The notes beneath the pieces are model-generated. The model did no database searches. It was not told the DNA's origin and was given only the letters and a program-made list of their open reading frames with translations. DNA of 64,000 bases from Obrimoposthia wandeli (taxonomy: Eukaryota): NCBI GenBank assembly GCA_977020255.1, contig CDROCS010000555.1:620001-684000 (forward strand), written 5' to 3'. The translations under genes were made by a program, and so were the position numbers. Below, in pieces: positions 51,112 to 60,254 of the stretch. Position 1 is the first letter of the stretch. Every line of letters starts with the position of its first letter.

Positions 51112-51602
51112 GTCGTCTAAAAAATTCTGTATACTGTCATTTTTAGACAGAATGTCGTTAAAATGTCTAAATTTTAGACAGAATGTCATTTTTTTATAAA
51201 ATTAGCTTAAAATGACTCAAAAAAAAATTCTACAACTCATGTCTGGTGTTGTATGCAGGATTTTGAGACTTGACTAAAAAGTCTCGAAATCACGCATACT
51301 GAACCAATGGTAATAGGTCCCCCTCAGGGGGGTACCTTTTACTGCAAAACCATTTTTGGCGTTGTATGCATGATTTCAAGAACATTTTCAAATATAGCGC
51401 TAAATATCTTTCCATTTAAAACAAAAGGTGATTTTAAGTAGATTTTAAGTGACCAAAGTCTCCCTTACGGAGCCTCCTAAGAGGGAAGCCCTTCATCCGA
51501 AGACCGGGCAGCACCTTTGGCAAAGTTTATATTTATATTACTTTTGTTTATAGTTAAAGAATAATAAAATCAATTAATCATGTATTCATATGATAAATTA
51601 CA

Positions 51603-52112
51603 TTAAACTTTCTTATGTCCTTCAGTAATTCTCCAAATAGGCTTCTGTCTCCCGAGTCTATCGACTTTGAATCCTTGAATTTGAATAAATAAAATCCAAT
51701 AATTGCTTTTGGGAAATTCTTCTTCATAGTAAGTATATATTCCTTCAAACAGATGTTCATCAGCTTTAATAAAAGCACTAAAGTTTTCAATTTTGATATA
51801 TAATTTCATTCTTCTGAAAATAGCATTGATATTGTTAATATCATTTTGATGGATCCTTGAGATGACATAATCAAACTTGGACTTTGTTAGCATAACAGGG
51901 TATTTTAATCCAAAGGTAACAGACATCTTGAGAAAATTCATTGTATAACTGAAATAAGGTACAGATTCTTTGAATAGGTCTTCTGTTTCTCCATTAAAAA
52001 TATCCTCTAATTCTGTATCATCAGAATCTATCTGTACAACTTTGCTTGTATTTAAAATTTCATAATTCTTCTTCTTTGTGCTCTTCAAAATCGGTTTTTG
52101 TAAATTGAACAT
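51603..52112 (-). CDS. hypothetical protein of element B, divergent from the TBP-like gene
   Basis: 169-aa ORF in very AT-rich DNA; no family recognised; may be frameshifted near the 3' end. Confidence 0.55.
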   Translation of the reverse strand: MFNLQKPILKSTKKKNYEILNTSKVVQIDSDDTELEDIFNGETEDLFKESVPYFSYTMNFLKMSVTFGLKYPVMLTKSKFDYVISRIHQNDINNINAIFRRMKLYIKIENFSAFIKADEHLFEGIYTYYEEEFPKSNYWILFIQIQGFKVDRLGRQKPIWRITEGHKKV

Positions 52113-52168
52113 AATGAATGAGAGTAAACTGAAATGTTTCGATAGTTATAGTTGACTACTTGAATCTG

Positions 52169-52205
52169 ATTGGTTGATTCTCATTGGATAATATGAAACT
52201 ATATA
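52169..52205 (+). promoter_or_regulatory. host-type promoter candidate: two ATTGG (reverse CCAAT) boxes and TATATA upstream of the TBP-like gene
   Basis: ATTGG at 52169 and 52183, TATATA at 52200, ATG at 52237; lies in the 124-nt divergent intergenic gap. Confidence 0.4.
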
Positions 52206-52236
52206 TGTTTGTGACATTATCAATTATTATCACATA

Positions 52237-52716
52237 ATGAAAATAATCAATATAAATTATAAAGGTAAATTTAAGGGAAGTGTTAGTCACTTACCTTTTC
52301 GATCAAAGAAACCTATACAATATGTTGAAAAGTTAAAGGATTATACTATAGTTATATTTCCAACAGGTATTATTATTATTATTATTATTATTACTTCTAC
52401 TATTTAGGTTCATGTAGAATTATGGGTTGCAAACAACCAATCAAACATGCTCAAAATATAGAAATTGAATGTATTCAATCTCTAAGTATCCTAGTGAATA
52501 TCAATAAGAAGGTTAATTTGTATAAGATATCTATGAAAATGGGAATAAATTGTATGTTTGAACCAGAATTGTTTCCAGCACTCAGAATTTTAAAATATAA
52601 TCCTCTATGTGTTAATGTGTGTTGCTAGCGGAAAAGTGTTTATTCATGGTATTAAAGATTTTTATTATCATTGTCAAGTCGAGTTTATTGTATTTTTTCT
52701 TGAGAGTTTCTTATGA
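52237..52716 (+). pseudogene. TBP-like gene, 2 exons (copy B)
   Basis: exon 1 52237-52366 MKIININYKG...TIVIFPTG; 41-nt GT-AG intron 52367-52407; exon 2 SCRIMGCK...FEPELFPALR...VNV(fs)FASGKVFIHG; single +1 frameshift near 52620. Confidence 0.88.
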
Positions 52717-52720
52717 ACAA
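52712..52720 (+). promoter_or_regulatory. TATGAACAA variant upstream of IAP (B)
   Basis: 35 nt before ATG 52747. Confidence 0.5.
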
Positions 52721-52746
52721 ATATATGATTTTTTGATTTTTTAAAA

Positions 52747-53649
52747 ATGCTTGTTGATTATATACTTCATTATATAACTGTTGATGATGATGTTTTAGTT
52801 AGACGAAAAGTAGATTATTCTAGAATGAAAGTTTTACACTGGAAATATAGACGTGAAAGTGAAAGATTAAAATCTTTAATTATACATTTTAAAGTGAAAC
52901 AATCTGTATATAATTTAGCTAAAGCTGGATTTTATAAACATTATGATGATTCAACTGATAAAGTAAAATGTATATACAGTCAAGGTGCAATATCCGAATG
53001 GGAATGGTATCTTAAACCAATGAAACAACATATGAAATTTTTTCATACATGTCCATTTCTTTTAAAGTTAAATGTTTCAAATGTACCAATAATTGAAACT
53101 ATAGTCAAGAAAATTGATTTTGATACATCACCATTGATTGGAAAAGTATATGTATCAGATATTGTTCTAAAATTACCTGATACATGTTATTCAAAAAGTT
53201 TAGGACCCTATAATGATGCTAATGTTATTGAGAAAAACGAATCAGATTGTATAATTGAATATCCTTTAACTACGGAAAAATTCGACATGTTGATGGATAC
53301 CAACAACATCAGATATTTGAAAAGGTTTTTCACGAAAGATAGAATAAAATCTGTTTTAAAATATAAAATGATGCGATATGGAGAATACAATTCACTCTTT
53401 GAAATGATTTGTGATTTAAATAATTTAGAAATAAACCCTGAAAAACAATACATAAATATACTTTCATACATGTTAAAAGAACCTAAATGTGTAGTATGTT
53501 TGAATAATCATATTGAATTAGTATTTTTACCATGTGGACATGTAAAAACATGTAATTCATGTTCCATAAGGTTACATTCATGTTCAGTATATAGACATAT
53601 AATTGAAAGGAGAGTAAGAAATGTAAAATTTCATGGTATAAACAATTGA
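52747..53649 (+). CDS. inhibitor-of-apoptosis-like protein (one BIR + C-terminal RING)
   Basis: RLKS...LAKAGFY...DKVKCIYS...W...P..QH....TCPFL; CVVCL...FLPCGH..TC..C....CSVYR; one Zn ligand altered in each domain. Confidence 0.85.
   Translation: MLVDYILHYITVDDDVLVRRKVDYSRMKVLHWKYRRESERLKSLIIHFKVKQSVYNLAKAGFYKHYDDSTDKVKCIYSQGAISEWEWYLKPMKQHMKFFHTCPFLLKLNVSNVPIIETIVKKIDFDTSPLIGKVYVSDIVLKLPDTCYSKSLGPYNDANVIEKNESDCIIEYPLTTEKFDMLMDTNNIRYLKRFFTKDRIKSVLKYKMMRYGEYNSLFEMICDLNNLEINPEKQYINILSYMLKEPKCVVCLNNHIELVFLPCGHVKTCNSCSIRLHSCSVYRHIIERRVRNVKFHGINN
53637..53645 (+). promoter_or_regulatory. TATAAACAA motif upstream of small ORF (B)
   Basis: 36 nt before ATG 53673. Confidence 0.7.
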
Positions 53650-53672
53650 AATTTGATGATATGTATATAAGA

Positions 53673-53939
53673 ATGGAGAAAAACGATAAATTAGTTGATA
53701 AAACTGTTGATGAAATTATAAAAGGAACAGTAAATGGTGTTCAATACTTTTCTAGTTTTAATGGACTTTCTCGTGATAATATAAAGGAAATTGTTCGCAC
53801 CCATGTCTACAGAGATCTCAAATGGAAAAAGGATTTTGAAAATTTCATTCAGATTAATCTTTCAAATATGATGTATATAACCTTTCCTGTATCAATTTTT
53901 AATTCGTTTTTGATGTATATATTAATAAAATGCCTATAA
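53673..53939 (+). CDS. small conserved element ORF with C-terminal hydrophobic helix (copy B)
   Basis: MEKNDKLVDKTVDEII...SRDNIKEIVRTHV...MMYITFPVSIFNSFLMYILIKCL; similar to 8894-9170. Confidence 0.65.
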   Translation: MEKNDKLVDKTVDEIIKGTVNGVQYFSSFNGLSRDNIKEIVRTHVYRDLKWKKDFENFIQINLSNMMYITFPVSIFNSFLMYILIKCL

Positions 53940-53943
53940 ACAA
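53935..53943 (+). promoter_or_regulatory. TATAAACAA motif upstream of ATPase (B)
   Basis: 45 nt before ATG 53980. Confidence 0.7.
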
Positions 53944-53979
53944 TATTCTTATTCTTATCTTCTTGTTCTTATTATTATT

Positions 53980-54553
53980 ATGAAACTTAAAACTAAATTA
54001 TTACAAAACAATCAAATTTTTAATAATCGATTTAATAAAATTTATTGGCATTATGGTGATGTTTGCGAATCCGGGTTAACTAAAAGTGAATTATGTAAAC
54101 TTAAAAAACATTAAATTTATCAATGGTTTTGATCAAAACTGGTTAAAACGGTTAAAACGTGATGGTGTTATAGTAATTGATGACTTGTATGATGAAGCAA
54201 ATAAAGAGTCAAACTTTAATAATTTATTCACAAAAATAGCAAGACACAACTGTGTTACCGTAATTTTCATTACTCAAAACCTATTTCATCAAGGCGATAA
54301 ACATAGAACACGTAATTTAAACGTACATTACTTGGTTTTGTTTAAGAATCCTCGTGATCAAACGGTTATTGACTATTTTTCACGTCAAGCATTTCCTAAT
54401 AACAGGCAATATTTGATAAATTCATTTCAAGATGCAACTAAAAATCCTCATGGTTACTTGTTTCTTGATTTTACTCAATCATGTCCTAATGAATTGAGAA
54501 TAAGAACCGATATATTCAACAAATGTATAGTGTATAAACAAAAACAAAAATAA
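53980..54553 (+). pseudogene. packaging ATPase (copy B), Walker A region deleted, frameshifted
   Basis: VIVIDDL Walker B, FITQNLF, RTRNLN, FKNPRD; MKLKT joins directly to KLLQN with no GxxGxGKT. Confidence 0.88.
54533..54541 (+). promoter_or_regulatory. TATAAACAA motif upstream of basic ORF (B)
   Basis: 33 nt before ATG 54566. Confidence 0.7.
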
Positions 54554-54565
54554 TATTTCTTAAAA

Positions 54566-54751
54566 ATGAATTTCGAAAAAATAGAAATACCTAATTATGT
54601 TGATACAAATTGGAAACCTGGTGATGATATCAAAACTAATCGAGTAAAGAAATTGATAAAAACGGTTTTGAAAGAAAGGCAAAATTCTGATCGGATTTTT
54701 AAAAAGAAGACAAAACCGACAAAGAAACGTGTTAGAAAGAAGAAGAAGAAG

Positions 54752-54782
<31 letters not shown>

Positions 54783-54874
54783 GTGTTAAAAAATGTGTTA
54801 AAAAGACAAAGAATTGGATTGTAATTGATAAAAAGGGAAAACAAAAAGAAAGTTTTAATCCATTTTCTCAATAA
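54566..54874 (+). CDS. Lys-rich basic protein (candidate core protein)
   Basis: 102 aa, syntenic with 9841-9990; contains an (AAG)15-encoded poly-Lys run. Confidence 0.55.
54737..54781 (+). repeat. (AAG)15 microsatellite
   Basis: direct reading. Confidence 0.95.
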
Positions 54875-54877
54875 GAC

Positions 54878-54886
54878 TATAAACAA
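54878..54886 (+). promoter_or_regulatory. TATAAACAA motif upstream of cupiennin-like ORF (B)
   Basis: 35 nt before ATG 54913. Confidence 0.7.
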
Positions 54887-54912
54887 TATATGTACTTTCA
54901 GTTTAAATAATA

Positions 54913-55233
54913 ATGAAAAACGTTTTACCTTACTTTCAAACGCTTTTAAAGGCACCTAGTTCACATAGAGCTCGAATTCTCAATTCATTTCCACCTTTTG
55001 TTATTGATAAATTGGTTGAAATTCTGTTTAATATAGTTAAAGGAAAAGTAAATATCGGTAAACATAAATCGAAAGTTACAAAACACAAGAAAGTATTACT
55101 TGATATTGTTAATACAAAAAGTTGTTCTGGTCGAAGGAAAATAGTATTACGTCAAAAAGGAGGATTTATTGGTGCACTTTTACCAATACTTGCAATTTTA
55201 ATCGGTCCCCTACTTGCTAGAGCTGTTGCCTAA
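54913..55233 (+). CDS. small conserved Maverick/adintovirus protein ending QKGG-FIGALLPIL (cupiennin-like class)
   Basis: characteristic QxGGF motif followed by a hydrophobic/amphipathic helix. Confidence 0.8.
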   Translation: MKNVLPYFQTLLKAPSSHRARILNSFPPFVIDKLVEILFNIVKGKVNIGKHKSKVTKHKKVLLDIVNTKSCSGRRKIVLRQKGGFIGALLPILAILIGPLLARAVA

Positions 55234-55238
55234 AGTAT

Positions 55239-55322
55239 ATGGGAAACAACTTACCTAATTTTGATTTAAAAATAAATTGTTGTAATGGAAACGATATGGT
55301 ACGATCCCGAAGACCCAGTTAG
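55239..55322 (+). CDS. 27-aa micro-ORF MGNNLPNFDLKINCCNGNDMVRSRRPS overlapping the integrase start
   Basis: read from sequence; homolog at 10375-10452. Confidence 0.6.
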   Translation: MGNNLPNFDLKINCCNGNDMVRSRRPS

Positions 55323-56295
55323 ATACAGTGGCGTTGGAACTCTATCATCAAACACCAAGTCGAGCCAAAAGAAAACTCAAACATGGTTGAGCAATCAACT
55401 GGCGTACAGTCTGAACAAACCGATGTGAAAAAGGTTCCCGACACGATCGTACAAGACTAGTGGCCCTAATAATCTATGGCAGATGGATTTGATGGAAATG
55501 ATACCTTATGCGCGTATAAATAGCGGTTACAAATATATATTAACATGTATTGATGTATTTACCAGATTTGGGCGTGCTGAACCAGTAAAATCAAAATCCA
55601 GTAAAGATATAGATGCTGCCAGCAAAAATATGATTGATGTTGTACCCGATAATGTACAAACAGATGCTGGAAAAGAGTTTTATAACAAACATGTTAAAGC
55701 AACTTTTGATATATTAGGAGTAAATCATTACTCTGTGTTTTCACACTTTAAAGCGGCCTTGGTTGAACGATTTAATAGAACATTAAGAGATAAATTAAAG
55801 AAACATTTTGTTGTAATTGGATCAAAGAAATGGGTAACGGTACTAAATAAACTGTTAATTTCATATAATCACTCACCACATCGCGGTTTAGGTGGTAAGA
55901 AACCTATTGATATTTCATTTGATGATTGGTTTTCTCGTAATAAAAAATCAATAATAAAGAAACCCAAATACAAAGTTGGAGATTTTGTTCGCATATCACG
56001 ACTAAGTACAACACCTTTTATTAAAAATTTCGATAATAATTGGAGTGATGAAGTATTTGAAATAGCAAACATCAATTTACGGTCAAATCCCGTAATGTAT
56101 AACATCATAGATGATGATAAAAGTCCGATAGAAGGAAAGTTTTATGAGCAAGAATTACAAGTTATTGATAAACCAAAAGTACATAGGATACAAGAATTCA
56201 TTAAATCTAAAGGTCGAGGTAAGAATAAACAATATTACGTAAAGTGGCATGGGTATAAAACACCAACATGGATAAAAGCGAACCAGATAGAGTAA
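55285..56295 (+). pseudogene. retroviral-like DDE integrase with chromodomain (copy B), one internal stop
   Basis: METIWYDP...; TGA at 55426; WQMD, QTDAGKEF, LVERFNRT; QYYVKWHGY. Confidence 0.93.
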
Positions 56296-57405
56296 AATAT
56301 TTCTATATTATGTTACCATCTAATAGTTGTCCAAACACTCAACCTGATAATACCGGATCGAAATTTATTGTTAATTGGGAAAATCCGATAGAAATACAAG
56401 GTGAATGGGAAGTTGCATTGACAGAATTTACTTATAGTAATACACCCGTTATTTTACACAAGGGTGGTGAAATAAATTATAAGGAATCGGTTAGTGCTAA
56501 GAAAACCGATACTGTCTCATTAAATGTTGAATTTAAAGATGTGGAAATTCATAATGATAAGCATAAACCTGTCAAATTTAATATAAAGAAAATTTCAAAA
56601 GTAGAAATAAAATCATCAAAGCGCATTGCTAATCTTTATTGTGAGTTTGGTACATATGGAAAAGATAAAATGAAAAATGTACTTGTTATAAAATCTTTAA
56701 ATAAACAGAAATTATGTATAAAACTATCGAAAAATCAATTGGGTTTCCTAAATAATCAATTAAACCATGGAAATTACTTAGCATCTGATGATAATGGTAT
56801 TTTAACTGCGCAAAAACCATACATCATAAATATGTATCTACAAAATACGAATATTATAAATTAGGAGAGAAAAATATCAATTCAAAAATCGTGTTTGACA
56901 ACGATTTCAATAGTACAGATTTGAATGCATTAGTTAAATACGTTATATCTAAATGTAATCATATTTTTAGCATGTTTTACATTGAAAAAGATAAATTCAT
57001 TAAATTCAAGTTAAAATCTAATATTTCAAGTACAATGTTTAATAATCGTATGGCATTTGTACTGGGTCTTAATAAAACAGAATTTACGGGTGACGGTAAA
57101 GGCATTCCTCAATTAATATGTAAGTTTGATCACATGTACCTGTATACAAATTTGATAGAGTCTATAAATGTTGGTGGTGTAAAAATACCATTGTTAAAAT
57201 CAATTTGGTTAGATAAAAACAAAAAATATGGTGATATCGCAAATATTACAATCATTAGACCAATGTATCTTCCGTAATATCAACATATATTTCCAATATT
57301 GAAGTAAATATTTGTAATGATAGTGGAATACCGATAAACTTTACTCATAACGAAAAAACTAGTTTAACACTACATTTCCGAAAAGTTATCTATAAACAAA
57401 ATTAA
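56268..57405 (+). pseudogene. minor capsid (penton) protein (copy B)
   Basis: MLPSNS...WENPI...WEVALTEF; YLYTNLIE...VGG...PLLK...MYLP*...IEVNI...LTLHFRK; breaks near 56865 and 57275. Confidence 0.85.
57391..57399 (+). promoter_or_regulatory. TATAAACAA motif upstream of pre-MCP ORF (B)
   Basis: 34 nt before ATG 57425. Confidence 0.7.
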
Positions 57406-57424
57406 ACAATGTTAATCGTTAATA

Positions 57425-57807
57425 ATGTCTCTATTTGATGTGTATAGTACAACCCAAACTGGTAGTGAACTACCTTACCTTGTTGGAAAACAATATGGCT
57501 CAGGTTGGTTAAAAGTTTTGGGACGAATTGCGTTTCCTATACTATCACGTTTAGGACGAATTGGTGCAAAAATACTTACAAATGTAGTAATGAACGATAA
57601 ACCAATTTTGAGTGAACTAAAATCAAATGCAATGAGTGAAGTACCAGGTTTGTTGCCTGAAGCAACAAAAGCTGCTACTCAACTAATGACCGCAATAAAG
57701 AAAAGTCGAAAACGACCATCACAAATTCATGTTGAAATGAAAGAAGAAGTACAGAAAGGTAGAGGTAGTATAAACAAACGTAGAAAAATAGGACCATATT
57801 TGAGTAA
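57425..57807 (+). CDS. conserved Maverick ORF preceding MCP (copy B)
   Basis: QTGSELPYLVGKQYGSGWLKVLGRIAFPIL...QKGRGSINKRRK; comparison with A suggests a late frameshift and original end TIFE*. Confidence 0.75.
57769..57777 (+). promoter_or_regulatory. TATAAACAA motif upstream of MCP (B)
   Basis: 42 nt before ATG 57811. Confidence 0.75.
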
Positions 57808-57810
57808 GAA

Positions 57811-58453
57811 ATGGCATGTGCAAAATCTGAACTGTGTTTATTTGATCGTCCACTACCTCAAATTGCTATAGAAAATGGATGTTTTGAGAATATTTTCCAG
57901 GTTAATAATATTACCGGTAGTAATATTAATACATCGAGTTTAATATCTATTCGAGTGAAACAGAATATTTAGATTTGAATGATTCTCTTTTATATTTGAA
58001 AATTAAAGTTTTAAAAAATAATGGAACAAACAGTTATATTGACATGGTGGAAGCAGATAAATTTGTACCAACAAATTTCTTTTTTCATACACTATTTAAA
58101 GATGTGCAAATTCACCTGAATAATACTTGTATTGAAGGAGGAAATGGTAATTATGCTCACAAGCTTTGATTGAATGTATGCTTAATTATAGCAAAGATAC
58201 GAAAAGTGGTTCATTAGATGGAATTGATTATGATAGTAATGAGAATGTACGAAAAGGGTGGATTGAAAAATCTAGTGAATTTGAGTTGTGCGGTTCAATT
58301 CGATCTGATTTTCTTGAACAACCCAAATATCTGCTTTCCGGTATGAATATCGGTATAAAATTGATTATTTCCAATGCAAACATGTCATTAAAAACAGGTA
58401 CAACTCATTGTAGAATATTAAATCACATTTTGATGTGGAACCAATCTTTATAA
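57811..58453 (+). pseudogene. major capsid protein N-terminal part (copy B), truncated
   Basis: MACAKSELCLFD...YLDLNDSLLY...YAHK..IECMLNY...FLEQPKYL; similarity lost after about 58400. Confidence 0.85.
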
Positions 58454-58979
58454 TCAGGCAATAAAGAAAAGTGAGAGATTAGGCGCGATGGGAATAGGTT
58501 CATACCATTATTATAAAAAAGGTATAGGCATTGTGCATGTAATTATTACAAATATAAATATGTGTCCTTTGTTTATTCAGAGTAATTTAAATTATTGTAT
58601 TTTCTACAGTCTACGCGCCACGTCTAAAATCAAAGTGTGGCTCTGTGAAAAAACATATTTTGATCTACCAACTGGATATCCTGTACAGGATGTGAATATG
58701 TCAACCATGAATATTGAACTCTTTTTGTTCCCAAAGCTGCTATTCTGCTTATACTTATGATTTTTGTCGTTAAATAAATAATTATGCTGCTATTCTATTT
58801 ATTCTGAAAGTTTTAATGACTGGGCTTATTTAACCACCAATTAATGCCTTGTTTAACTTGTTTGAATATTTTTAAACATTATTAAGCATAAACTATTGGA
58901 AACTGGGACAACTTTTGATAACTGGAAGACCTAACAAAAGAGGTCATCATGCTGACTTGGCCAATGAACCTATTACAAC

Positions 58980-59350
58980 TGAGCCCACGCCCTATGCACG
59001 AAGATTGTTAGAAAGATGAGATATTCCTAGAACAACGGTACGCAGAAGTTTGAAAGTAGACCTGCAGCTAAAACCCTGGAAATAGATCACAGCCCAATTT
59101 GACCAAGATTTGGGCTGACACTGTGTCATCCAGGAGCCTAGACTGAATATCGGGAGACAACGCGATCTGGGATATTGTCAAGCGAAGCGTACGTCAAGAA
59201 CAACCGATTTCTGTTAATGTCATGAAACAAGATGTATACATGGCTCTTGCAGAAATCAATCCTAAGATGCTTTGAAATATTTCTAATCGATCAATTCAAC
59301 GGTTTCAGATGTGCATGGACAATGGTGGTGTTCATGTAGATCCATATGAT
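58980..59350 (+). mobile_element. Tc1/mariner-family transposase remnant, internally deleted
   Basis: RTTVRRSLKVDL.LKPWK and SRSLD...IWDIVK...RFQMCMDNGGVH. Confidence 0.7.
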
Positions 59351-60096
59351 GACTAATTATTGTCTCACTTTATTGTCAAATTCACAGACTTTTATAAGTG
59401 TTGTGACCTATCGTTCTATATATAAATACATGTGAATTTCTGTAAGCATTTCTGTAGGCATTTTAAAAACGTTTGGTGATAAGAATCAAATATGACAATT
59501 TTAAAATAGATTGTAACGATTATTTATCTTACAAAAATCGTGAGTTTAGGCAGTTAATATTGCATATCTCGAATGACTTCATCCACGGATGTCGTTAGAA
59601 TTTTATTAGGATGGATTTTTGATTTTGAAGGAAAATTTAAAATGCATGGATTTAAAACATGAAAACATCAACACAATTCAGCGAAAACTTCGATTAGAAA
59701 ATAAAATTAATATTTGAAGTTTACGCGTCAATGTTACATAATAAATTATCGTTATGTATATGCAATAATTTCAAAATAATACCGAAGACTTTCCTATTAA
59801 AGAAGCAATATGAAGAGTTTCTGTGACATGTAGTTCAAGTGACAATAAATTATGTGCCATTAATTTCCCGTCTCAAATATTCTGGACAATCATGTTTGAT
59901 ACACTTTTGAAAAATTCTGTTGTAAATCTGTATTATCTTACATAGTTCTTGAATAATCTCAGGGTTGTAAATAATCGCCAATCTTGATTTCTTTTTGAAG
60001 CAAGCCTGATAACGATAACAACCATTAACCCATCTGCTTTTTAATAAATAACCACAACTGCAGTACCAATTGGTTTTGTCCCCAAAGCAAATTTAC

Positions 60097-60254
60097 CGAG
60101 AATGACAATTAGAAGCAGGCAATTCGCAGCTGTAAGCTCACATCCCATACTGTGCGATGATCTCCCACCAGAACCCTCCTGTCTCTCTCCAAGGTGACCC
60201 CATTGGCTAACTGTCTCAACCGCACGATAGCCACAAGCAGCGAAATGTGGCATG
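60097..60254 (-). other. possible further upstream exon of the RTK gene (frame unresolved)
   Basis: GC-rich island with acceptor ttttag and donors GTGAGC (60141) or GTAAAT (60096); no direct phase match to exon a. Confidence 0.25.

Larger units (their letters stand above)
51028..58453 (+). mobile_element. Polinton/Maverick (adintovirus-like) element B, 3'-truncated inside MCP
   Basis: AGTAGT at 51028, structured subterminal region, then TBP-like, IAP, ATPase, integrase, penton and MCP in the same order as A. Confidence 0.92.

Noticed and set aside
55426-55428. CpG-methylation signature from a CGA to TGA stop
   Set aside because: One event; most other stops are not at CpG, so no inference is possible.
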